DNA of 64,000 nt from Oscillospiraceae bacterium (GCA_017469795.1 JAFUFT010000016.1:16555-80554); one strand, 5' to 3'. Positions 41,631-49,272 are shown, counted from the stretch's first letter. The notes: generated by a model not told the origin, from the letters alone. Made by a program: numbers and translations.

Positions 41631-42208
41631 CCCTGTACCTCCTCCATGGACGTTTTCAGCACCCGCATATTGCCCTCAATGACCTGGGGCTTGGACGCGA
41701 ACTTGTGGTGGAAGCTCTCTTCCATGTCTTTGGCGAATTTTTCCGGATCCACCACCCGGCTGACCTTCACCGTGGCCGCCAGCATGGGCGTGTTGGGGAA
41801 AACGGCACCCAGGATCTCCCTGGAGATCCGGTTGGCGTCGATGGTGCAGACCCGGCCCCTGTACCCTTTCAGCAGGGGGCGCAGTTCCTCGGGGGAGCGG
41901 CTGGAGTTGATGATGATGGCGCCGGACTCCTTCAGACCCGCGGTCACATCCACGCAGGAGATCAGTCCCTCGTCCACCACCACCACATAATCCGGCTCAT
42001 AGATGTTGGAGTGGATCCCGCAGCGCTCGGTGCTGATGCGGTTGTATGCGGTGATGGGCGCGCCGGACCGCTCGGGGCCGTATTCCGGAAAACCCTGCAC
42101 ATATTTGCCGGAGGAGAACGCCGCGTCCGCCAGAAGCAGGCACGCGGTCTTTGCGCCCTGGCCGCCCCGGCCGTGCCAGCGGATCTCCACCATATCCTGA
42201 CTGCTCAT
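41627..42208 (-). CDS. 2-oxoacid:ferredoxin oxidoreductase, gamma subunit
   Basis: I trimmed the start to MSSQDMVEIRWHGRGGQGAKTA at 42208, after AAGGAGG. The upstream part of the track ORF is the T-box leader. Confidence 0.87.
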   Translation of the reverse strand: MSSQDMVEIRWHGRGGQGAKTACLLLADAAFSSGKYVQGFPEYGPERSGAPITAYNRISTERCGIHSNIYEPDYVVVVDEGLISCVDVTAGLKESGAIIINSSRSPEELRPLLKGYRGRVCTIDANRISREILGAVFPNTPMLAATVKVSRVVDPEKFAKDMEESFHHKFASKPQVIEGNMRVLKTSMEEVQG

Positions 42209-42239
42209 ACTGAAAACCTCCTTGACGGTTGTAAAAGGC

Positions 42240-42495
42240 AAAATAAAAAGCCCCCATCCGTAACCGGACGAGAGCCAGACGGCTTTCGCTGTACCACCCG
42301 TTACTGCGTACCAACATACGCATCTCCCGATAACGGCGGAGGGCCGGCAGCGCCTACTGTGGTTCGGGCTGCAGTTCCGAAGTGATTTTCGGCAGCAGGC
42401 TACTCTCACCGGGCTTGCACCGTCCCCGGCTCGCTTTGGATTTGACCTGAAGCGTACTGTCTTCATCATCACATTTCAAGTGTTTTATGGAATTG
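42240..42495 (-). promoter_or_regulatory. T-box riboswitch leader, specifier AUC (Ile)
   Basis: Read on the minus strand. The GA/K-turn motif is GAUGAUGAAGACAGUA, with the AG bay AGCGAG and the distal loop GGUGCAA. The specifier loop is GAAA-AUC-A (codon at 42386-42384), then CUUC pairing with the GAAG upstream of AGUA. The T-box sequence is AACGGGUGGUACAGCG (RC of 42287-42302); its UGGU bulge fits an ACCA end (A73, as in tRNA-Ile). A long imperfect hairpin plus GGGGGCUUUUUAUUUU lies immediately before the first gene's RBS. Confidence 0.78.
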
Positions 42496-42500
42496 TGTAT

Positions 42501-42530
42501 ACTATAAAGGAAACCGCGCCCCTTTGTCAA
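42501..42530 (-). promoter_or_regulatory. sigma-A type promoter for the Ile T-box/oxidoreductase operon
   Basis: The minus strand reads TTGACA (RC of 42525-42530), an 18-nt spacer, then TATAGT (RC of 42501-42506). Confidence 0.55.
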
Positions 42531-42721
42531 GCGTTTTAAAGCGCTACATTTTCACAAGCTTTCCGCCGGGATCCTTCCTGTTTTTGTATATTTTGTCCCT
42601 TTCCGGCGCACAGTTGTCCACATCTTGTAGCAAAGATGAATTTCCTGCACAAGCAACTTGCATTGCAGGATTTCGTTCAAATCGCCCGGTAAAAAATTTT
42701 GAGCTTTTTTCATAAAAACTA

Positions 42722-42750
42722 TTGACAAAATCGAGAAACTATTGTATATT
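42722..42750 (+). promoter_or_regulatory. sigma-A type promoter at the head of the ORF-free region
   Basis: TTGACA (42722-42727), a 17-nt spacer, then TATATT (42745-42750). Confidence 0.5.
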
Positions 42751-42756
42751 GTAGAC

Positions 42757-43246
42757 ACAAGGAACCGGGAGGTGATTCCAATGAAGAATTAGAGCACGAC
42801 GATTCGGCGAGAGAATCGGTCGGAAGATTTGAAGGATTGATGTGTGTTATCTTGCATCTATAACTGAGAATGGATCAAACTCAGAAATAATCCGGGGAGA
42901 CCGGTGAAAATAGATCATAAGAAACAGGAGGAATCGTCCAATGTACTGATCGGTCATCCGTCCAGTAACCATTGTGATGGAGGCTCGGGTCCCATGAAAA
43001 TGTGAGCGGCGAATCCGCAAATCGTATGAGAATACACATGAGAGATATTCATTGAGGACAGTCCCAAAGAGAAATGATTCCTGGAGGAAAGCAGTACAAA
43101 TACAAATTTGAGGACACTCCGAAAACACGAAAATTGATCCAAAGAAAACAATTGAATAAGAAAGGTTGAGGAAGGTATGATTGAACCCATCCAGAGCTGA
43201 CCACCGTGTATGATTCGTAGCATCGTACACGGTGGTTGTTTTTTCT
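42757..43246 (+). ncRNA. candidate ~490-nt noncoding RNA, or a long leader of the MATE gene; class unknown
   Basis: The region is bounded by the consensus promoter at 42722-42750 and a strong intrinsic terminator at 43200-43246. No ORF longer than a few codons has an SD. Two counted 60-nt lines give 38-40% G+C, against 63% in a line of the adjacent MATE gene. The plus strand is visibly purine-rich, which supports plus-strand transcription. It has local hairpins (CGAUUC-ggcgaga-GAAUCG, CUGAG-n11-CUCAG, CCGG-ggaga-CCGG, GCGG-cgaau-CCGC). Confidence 0.4.
43200..43246 (+). terminator. strong intrinsic terminator
   Basis: ACCACCGTGTA(tgat)-tcgtagc-(atcg)TACACGGTGGT, an 11-bp perfect outer stem plus an inner GAT/ATC pairing, followed by TGTTTTTTCTCTCT. 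Confidence 0.85.
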
Positions 43247-43294
43247 CTCTGCGATTTATACAAAAATGGTCCGGGATCCCGGAACATCCTTGGC

Positions 43295-43323
43295 TTGCAG
43301 GCTTTTTTATCCTGTGCTACAAT
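43295..43323 (+). promoter_or_regulatory. possible own promoter of the MATE gene (extended -10)
   Basis: TTGCAG (43295-43300), a 17-nt spacer ending in TGC, then TACAAT (43318-43323). Confidence 0.45.
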
Positions 43324-43378
43324 ACCTGCTGTGTATTGTTTACGATTCGAAGGATTTTCAAAGGAGCCCGAAGCCAAT

Positions 43379-44740
43379 ATGGAACAGACCATGATCCGCG
43401 ACCTCACCGCCGGCAGCGTCGGAAAAGAGCTGCTGTGTTTTTCTTTCCCGTTTATGCTCTCCAACGCCCTGCAGACCATCTACAATCTGGTGGATATGGT
43501 CATTGTTGGCCAGTTTGTGGGCTCCGTTGGCCTCAGCGCCGTTTCCATCGGCGGCCAGCTCATGTGGCTCATGTGCTGCCTGGCCATTGGATACACCTCC
43601 GGCGGCCAGATCTTCATCTCCCAGCTGGTGGGCGCGGGTGATCACGCCGGTGTCCGCAGAACCATCGGAACGATCTTTACCACGATGGCCGGGTTCTCCC
43701 TGGTGATCACCACGCTGGGCGTCGTGTTCCGCGATCCCCTGCTTGCGCTGCTCAACACGCCCCCGGAGGCGCTGGATCAGGCCCGGGACTATGTGCTGAT
43801 CTGCGCCGCGGGCATGTTCTTTGTCTACGGGTACAACACCGTTTCCGCCATCCTGCGGGGCATGGGCGATTCCACCCGTCCCTTCCTCTTCATCGCCATC
43901 TCCGCCCTGTTGAATGTGATCCTGGACCTGATCTTTGTGGGTCCCCTCGGCATGGCCTCTGCCGGCGCCGCGCTGGCCACGATCCTGGCCCAGGCGGTGT
44001 CCTTCATCATTTCGATCATCTATCTCTACCGCCGGAAGGAGAGCTTTGGTTTTGACTTCAAGCTCCGCAGCTTCCTCCCCGACGGAAAAACCTTCGCCGC
44101 CCTGTCCCGGCTGGGACTGCCGCTGACGGTCCAGTCCACCGCCATCAACGTCTCCATGCTCTACGTCTCCGCCGGCGTCAACAGCTACGGCCTGGTCTTC
44201 TCCTCCACCTTCGGCATCGGCGGCAAGCTCCAGTCCGTCATGTTCATCATCACCAACTCCATCTCCACCGCCTCCGCCTCCATGTTCGGTCAAAACCTGG
44301 GTGCCGGAAAACACGACCGGGTCAAAAAGATCTTCTGGTTTGGAAATCTCTACTGCATGATTTTCTTCCTGGTGGTGACTGTGTTCTGCCTGACGATCCC
44401 GGTGCCGGTCTTCCGGCTGTTCACCCAGGATCCGGACGTCCTGGCCCAGGCGGCACACTACATGGTCGTCCAGGTGGTAATGTTCTCCGGGTTCGCCTCC
44501 ATGACCGCCGGGATCGCCCTGATCAACGGCATCGGCAACGGCTCCCTGAGCCTGATCACCGCCCTGCTGGATGGGGTCGTGGTCCGGATCGGGCTGTGTA
44601 TGCTCCTGGCAGGCCCCCTCGGCTGGGGCGTCTGGGGCTACTTCTGGGGGAACGCCCTGGCGGGCTATGTCAGCACTGTCATCGGCTGGCTCTACTATCT
44701 CACCGGCGCCTGGAAACGCAGGAAGCTGATGATCGACTGA
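43379..44740 (+). CDS. MATE family efflux transporter
   Basis: I trimmed the start to MEQTMIRDLTAGSVGKELL at 43379, after AAAGGAG. The ORF has the typical MATE N-terminus (FSFPFMLSNALQTIYNLVDMVIVGQF) and is a 12-TM protein. Confidence 0.9.
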   Translation: MEQTMIRDLTAGSVGKELLCFSFPFMLSNALQTIYNLVDMVIVGQFVGSVGLSAVSIGGQLMWLMCCLAIGYTSGGQIFISQLVGAGDHAGVRRTIGTIFTTMAGFSLVITTLGVVFRDPLLALLNTPPEALDQARDYVLICAAGMFFVYGYNTVSAILRGMGDSTRPFLFIAISALLNVILDLIFVGPLGMASAGAALATILAQAVSFIISIIYLYRRKESFGFDFKLRSFLPDGKTFAALSRLGLPLTVQSTAINVSMLYVSAGVNSYGLVFSSTFGIGGKLQSVMFIITNSISTASASMFGQNLGAGKHDRVKKIFWFGNLYCMIFFLVVTVFCLTIPVPVFRLFTQDPDVLAQAAHYMVVQVVMFSGFASMTAGIALINGIGNGSLSLITALLDGVVVRIGLCMLLAGPLGWGVWGYFWGNALAGYVSTVIGWLYYLTGAWKRRKLMID

Positions 44741-44753
44741 ACCTTGCCCTGTT

Positions 44754-44786
44754 GCGCCGCGGATCACCGCGGCGTTTTTCTTTTTT
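44754..44786 (+). terminator. intrinsic terminator after the MATE gene
   Basis: CGCCGCGG-atca-CCGCGGCG, followed by TTTTTCTTTTTT. Confidence 0.85.
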
Positions 44787-44859
44787 CGCAGGTTTTCTCC
44801 GCTTTCCGGACGGCCAGTTCTGTTTTTCAGGAATAATCTCCCGAATCGATTCTCTTTGC

Positions 44860-44888
44860 TTGACACAGGCCCCTGCGGGGGTTAAAAT
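44860..44888 (+). promoter_or_regulatory. sigma-A type promoter of the glycogen operon
   Basis: TTGACA (44860-44865), a 17-nt spacer, then TAAAAT (44883-44888). Confidence 0.55.
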
Positions 44889-44936
44889 ATACTCGTAATG
44901 ACATTTGCATACGACTTGAAGAAAGGCGGTCTGACT

Positions 44937-46820
44937 ATGACGATCACAGATCCCAGCCTGACCCCGGAAAAACTGTACCTGTTCAATCAGGGCGTCTACT
45001 ATCACAGCTACCGGCTCTTCGGCGCCCATATCGTGGAGGGCGGCATCCGGTTCACCGTCTGGTGCCCGGACGTGGCACAGGTGGACGTGGTAGGCGATTT
45101 CAGCGGCTGGAACCCCTGCCCCTTGACCCAGCAGGGCACCACCGGCATCTGGTCCGCCGTGATCGACTCCGCGAAAGAGGGCGACCTCTACAAATACAGG
45201 ATCACCACCCGCTCCGGCGAGGTTTTTGACAAATCCGACCCTTACGCGTTCTCCGCGGAGGTCCGTCCCGGCACCGCATCCCGCGTGGTGTCTCTGGATG
45301 GCTACCAATGGCACGACGGCGCCTGGCGCAGCGCCCGGAAGCGGAAAAAGAGTCCCGGTCCCATGAACATCTACGAGGTGCATCTGGGCTCCTGGAAGCA
45401 GCGGGAAAATCCGGAGGATCCGAACCAGCCCTTCCTGACCTACCGGGAGCTGGCAGATCAGCTGATCCCCTACGCCCGGGACATGGGCTACACCCATCTG
45501 GAGCTGATGCCCGTCATGGAGCATCCCTTTGACGGCTCCTGGGGGTATCAGGTGACGGGCTTCTTTGCCCCCACCAGCCGCTACGGCTCCCCCAAGGACT
45601 TCATGTACTTCGTGGATCAGGCCCACCAGAACGGCCTGTCCGTCATACTGGACTGGGTCCCCGGGCATTTCTGCCGGGACAGCCATGGTCTGGGCCGGTT
45701 CAACGGAGAGATGCTCTACGAGGCGGCGGACCACCCGGAGTGGGGCACCTATAAATTCGACTTCACCCGCAGCGAGGTCTGCGGCTTCCTGATGTCATCG
45801 GCGGTGTACTGGCTGGGCTGCTACCACGTGGACGGCCTCCGGGTGGACGGTGTCACCAGTATCCTGTACCTGAATTTCGGCATCCCCGACTGGGACAAGA
45901 ACGCCAAGCACTTCAACAAGTACGGCACCGAGGAAAACCTCGAGGCCATCGACTTCGTCCGCAAGTTCAACGACGTGGTCCATACATACGCCCCCGGAAC
46001 CATCACCATCGCCGAGGAGAGCTCCGCCTGGCCCCACGTCACCGGCTCCACGGAGTCCGGCGGTCTGGGCTTTGACTTCAAGTGGGACATGGGCTGGATG
46101 AACGACACTCTGAACTACTGCAAGGCGGACTTCCCCTATCGGTCCGGCTGCCATCATCTGCTGACCTTCTCCATGGCCTACAATTTCTCGGAGCATTTCA
46201 TCATGCCCCTGAGCCACGACGAGGTCGTCCACGGAAAGTGCAGCCTCATGGGCCGGATGCCCGGAGACTATTGGCGGCAGTTCGCAGGGCTCCGTGCCCT
46301 GGCCCTGTACCAGATCACCCATCCCGGCGGAAAGCTCAGCTTCATGTCCACGGAATACGGTCCCTTCATCGAATGGCGGGAATACGAGTCCCTGGAGTGG
46401 TTCCTGCTGGACTACCCCTCCCACAAGGGGCATCAGAACTACGTGGCCATGCTGAACCATCTGTACAAGAATACCCCGGCCCTGTGGGAGGACGACCAGA
46501 CCTGGGAGGGCTTCCACTGGCTCGACGCCGACGACGCCGCCCAGAGCATCCTGCTCTACCGGCGCACCGGCAAAAAGAAGACCCAGAGCGTCACGGTGCT
46601 GCTGAACTTCCAGCCAGACGTGTATCAGGACTTCCGGATCGGCGTACCCTATGCAGGGGAATATGTGGAGATCCTCAACTCCGACCGGATCGAATTCGGC
46701 GGCAGCGGCCAGATCAACCCCGAGCCCCTCGTGGCGGAAAAAGTTCCCTGCCACGGCGAAAAATACTCCGTTCGCGTGACGGTCCCGCCCATCGGCGGCC
46801 TGATGCTGCGGAAAAAATAA
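44937..46820 (+). CDS. glgB: 1,4-alpha-glucan branching enzyme
   Basis: GH13 branching-enzyme sequence is present (FTVWCPDVAQVDVVGDFSGWN, GLSVILDWVPGHF, GLRVDGV, TIAEESSAWP, SHDEV). I prefer the ATG at 44937 (after GAAAGG) because the track start at 44898 lies about 10 nt from the -10 box. Confidence 0.92.
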   Translation: MTITDPSLTPEKLYLFNQGVYYHSYRLFGAHIVEGGIRFTVWCPDVAQVDVVGDFSGWNPCPLTQQGTTGIWSAVIDSAKEGDLYKYRITTRSGEVFDKSDPYAFSAEVRPGTASRVVSLDGYQWHDGAWRSARKRKKSPGPMNIYEVHLGSWKQRENPEDPNQPFLTYRELADQLIPYARDMGYTHLELMPVMEHPFDGSWGYQVTGFFAPTSRYGSPKDFMYFVDQAHQNGLSVILDWVPGHFCRDSHGLGRFNGEMLYEAADHPEWGTYKFDFTRSEVCGFLMSSAVYWLGCYHVDGLRVDGVTSILYLNFGIPDWDKNAKHFNKYGTEENLEAIDFVRKFNDVVHTYAPGTITIAEESSAWPHVTGSTESGGLGFDFKWDMGWMNDTLNYCKADFPYRSGCHHLLTFSMAYNFSEHFIMPLSHDEVVHGKCSLMGRMPGDYWRQFAGLRALALYQITHPGGKLSFMSTEYGPFIEWREYESLEWFLLDYPSHKGHQNYVAMLNHLYKNTPALWEDDQTWEGFHWLDADDAAQSILLYRRTGKKKTQSVTVLLNFQPDVYQDFRIGVPYAGEYVEILNSDRIEFGGSGQINPEPLVAEKVPCHGEKYSVRVTVPPIGGLMLRKK

Positions 46821-46842
46821 CCACTCAGAAGGAGCGATTTTA

Positions 46843-49272
46843 TTGTTTGCAGGAAAAGAAGACTTTAAGGTGGCATATGAGGCCAAGGCACTGGAAACCT
46901 TTGCAAAGCCCATCTCCGAATGTTCCACCTTTGAAAAATACGAGCTGCTGGTCTATCTGGTCTCCAGCGCCACCAGTAAGGTGCGGACCCAGACTTCCCA
47001 GCGCCACATCCGGAACAAGCAGAAAAAGGTCTACTACTTCTCCATGGAGTTCCTGATCGGCCGTCTGCTTCGGAACTATCTGATCAACCTGGAGATCGAG
47101 GAGCCGGTCCGGGACGGACTGCAGGATCTGGGCATCGACCTGGACGAGCTGTGCCAGTGCGAAAAGGACCCCGGCCTCGGAAACGGCGGTCTGGGCCGTC
47201 TGGCGGCCTGCTTCCTGGACTCCATGGCCTATCTGGGCGTGCCCGGCGTGGGCATGGGCATCCGTTACCGGTTCGGCCTGTTCCGCCAGAAGATCGTCAA
47301 CGGCTACCAGACCGAGGAGCCGGACAGCTGGCTGGAGAACGGCTATCCCTGGGAGACGAAGAAATCCGACCAGGCCATTCCCGTCCGGTTCGGCGGCTAT
47401 GTGGAAAGTGAGATCGGCGCCGACGGCCAGCCCCACTTCTTCACCAAGGGCGCCCAGACCGTGATGGCGGTACCCTATGAAGTGCCCATCGTGGGCTACG
47501 GCGGCAAGACCGTCAACGTGCTCCGGCTGTGGAGCGCTGAGCCCGTGGTGGAAAAGCTGGATCTGGCCGCCTTCAACCGGGGCGACTACTCCGGCGCCGT
47601 GAAGGACCGGAACGAGATCGAGGCCATCTCCTGCATTCTCTACCCCGACGACAGCACCGAGTCCGGCAAGGCCCTGCGGCTGAAGCAGGAATACTTCTTC
47701 GTGGCCGCCGGCGTGGCCGATATCGTCAAGACCTTCAAGCGCACCTATGGGGCGAACTGGGCCATCTTCCCTGACAAGATCAGCATCCACACCAACGACA
47801 CCCATCCGGCCCTGTGCGTGCCGGAACTGATGCGGGTGCTGGTGGACGAGGAAGGCGTGAGCTGGAATGAGGCCTGGGAGATCACCCGGAAGACCATCTC
47901 CTATACCAACCACACCATCATGCCCGAGGCGCTGGAGAAGTGGTCCATCGACCTGATGCGGGTGCTGTTGCCCCGGGTCTATCAGATCATCGAGGAGATC
48001 GACCGGCGGTATGTGGCCTCCTTTGACCGCAGCCTGCCCGATTGGCAGGAAAAACTCCGGAACACTGCCATTCTCTGGGACGGCCAGGTCCATATGGCCA
48101 ACCTTTCCATCATCGGCGCCTACAGCGTCAACGGCGTGGCCGCCCTGCACACGGAGATCCTCAAGAAAGAGGTGCTGAAGGACTTCTACGCCCTGACCCC
48201 GGAAAAATTCAACAACAAGACCAACGGCATCACCCACCGGCGCTTCCTGGCGGAGGCCAATCCGCCCCTGTCCCGGCTCATCACCGATACCATCGGGGAC
48301 AGCTGGATGGGCAACGCCTTTGAGCTGCAGAAGCTCCTTCCTTACCGGAACGACAAGGCCTTCCTCACCGAGCTGCGCAGCGTCAAGCGGCAGAACAAGG
48401 TCCGGCTGGGCAACTATATCGCCGACACCATGGGCATTGCCGTGGATCCGGATTCCATCTTTGACATCCAGGTCAAGCGCATCCACGCTTACAAGCGGCA
48501 GGTTCTGGCCGCTTTCAAGGTCATGCAGCTTTACAACCTGCTCAAGGAGAACCCCAAGGCGGACATCCCGCCCTACACCTTCATCTTCGCCGGAAAGGCC
48601 GCCGCAGGCTACGCCTTTGCCAAGGAGAGCATCAAGTATATCTGCTCCATCGCGGACCTGGTGAACTCCGATCCCGTGGTAAACAAAAAGCTGCGGGTGG
48701 TATTTCTGGAGAACTTCAACGTCTCCTCCGCCCAGCTCATCTACCCCGCTGCGGACATCTCCGAGCAGATTTCCACGGCCGGCAAGGAGGCCAGCGGCAC
48801 CGGCTGCATGAAGTTCATGTACAACGGCGCCGTGACCTTGGGCACCCTGGACGGCGCCAACGTAGAGATCAAAAACCAGGTCGGCGATGAGAACATTGCC
48901 ATCTTCGGCCTGACCTCTGACGAGGTCCTGCGGTACTATCAGCAGGGCGGCTATATCGCCTATGACACCTGCAACTCCGACCCCAGACTGACGAAGATCT
49001 GCAATCAGCTGGTGGACGGCACCTACGGCGGGCTGAGCTTCTACGGCATCCATGACGCGCTCTTCAAGGCCAACGACGAATACTTCGTCCTCAAGGACTT
49101 TGACTCCTACCTCAAGGCGTTCACCGATCTGTCGGAAATCTACCGGGATCCCATCCGCTGGGGCAGCATGTCCCTGACCAACATCGCCATGGCAGGTGAA
49201 TTTACCACCGACCGCACGATCTTCCAGTATTGCGACGAAATCTGGAAGATCCCCTGTGATAGAATCAAATAA
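46843..49272 (+). CDS. glgP: glycogen/maltodextrin phosphorylase (GT35)
   Basis: The 809-aa ORF has a TTG start 8 nt after GAAGGAG. It has the motifs GLGNGGLGRLAACFLDS and the PLP-site region EASGTGCMKFMYNGA. Confidence 0.92.
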   Translation: MFAGKEDFKVAYEAKALETFAKPISECSTFEKYELLVYLVSSATSKVRTQTSQRHIRNKQKKVYYFSMEFLIGRLLRNYLINLEIEEPVRDGLQDLGIDLDELCQCEKDPGLGNGGLGRLAACFLDSMAYLGVPGVGMGIRYRFGLFRQKIVNGYQTEEPDSWLENGYPWETKKSDQAIPVRFGGYVESEIGADGQPHFFTKGAQTVMAVPYEVPIVGYGGKTVNVLRLWSAEPVVEKLDLAAFNRGDYSGAVKDRNEIEAISCILYPDDSTESGKALRLKQEYFFVAAGVADIVKTFKRTYGANWAIFPDKISIHTNDTHPALCVPELMRVLVDEEGVSWNEAWEITRKTISYTNHTIMPEALEKWSIDLMRVLLPRVYQIIEEIDRRYVASFDRSLPDWQEKLRNTAILWDGQVHMANLSIIGAYSVNGVAALHTEILKKEVLKDFYALTPEKFNNKTNGITHRRFLAEANPPLSRLITDTIGDSWMGNAFELQKLLPYRNDKAFLTELRSVKRQNKVRLGNYIADTMGIAVDPDSIFDIQVKRIHAYKRQVLAAFKVMQLYNLLKENPKADIPPYTFIFAGKAAAGYAFAKESIKYICSIADLVNSDPVVNKKLRVVFLENFNVSSAQLIYPAADISEQISTAGKEASGTGCMKFMYNGAVTLGTLDGANVEIKNQVGDENIAIFGLTSDEVLRYYQQGGYIAYDTCNSDPRLTKICNQLVDGTYGGLSFYGIHDALFKANDEYFVLKDFDSYLKAFTDLSEIYRDPIRWGSMSLTNIAMAGEFTTDRTIFQYCDEIWKIPCDRIK

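Noticed and set aside
42644-42669. The hairpin/palindrome CCTGCA-CAAG-caa-CTTG-cat-TGCAGG between the two divergent promoters.
   Set aside because: It is real in the sequence, but it lies outside either predicted transcript and more than 50 nt from either -35. That is not enough to call it an operator or terminator.
43083-43095. GGAGGAAAGCAG, which resembles the RNase P RNA P4 motif GAGGAAAGUCC.
   Set aside because: Only a partial match. None of the other universally conserved RNase P regions are present, and the low G+C is atypical for a housekeeping RNA of this genome.
43330-43378. A possible guanidine-IV (mepA-motif) or other riboswitch directly upstream of the MATE exporter.
   Set aside because: If the 43295-43323 promoter is real, the 5' UTR is only about 50 nt and shows no two-hairpin kissing-loop architecture that I can recognise. 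I cannot recall the consensus well enough to call it anywhere in 42757-43378. I leave this as a cmsearch check, not a feature.
42847-43479. A 210-aa minus-strand ORF spanning the ORF-free region. Small ORFs also occur at 42524-42715 (+), 42552-42758 (-) and 42954-43223 (-).
   Set aside because: I see no SD in front of any of them and no recognisable domain. The composition is Phe/Ser/Ile-rich junk. The 210-aa ORF begins inside the MATE coding region, so it would overlap the MATE start and promoter. It also lies on the pyrimidine-rich strand. I treat the region as noncoding.
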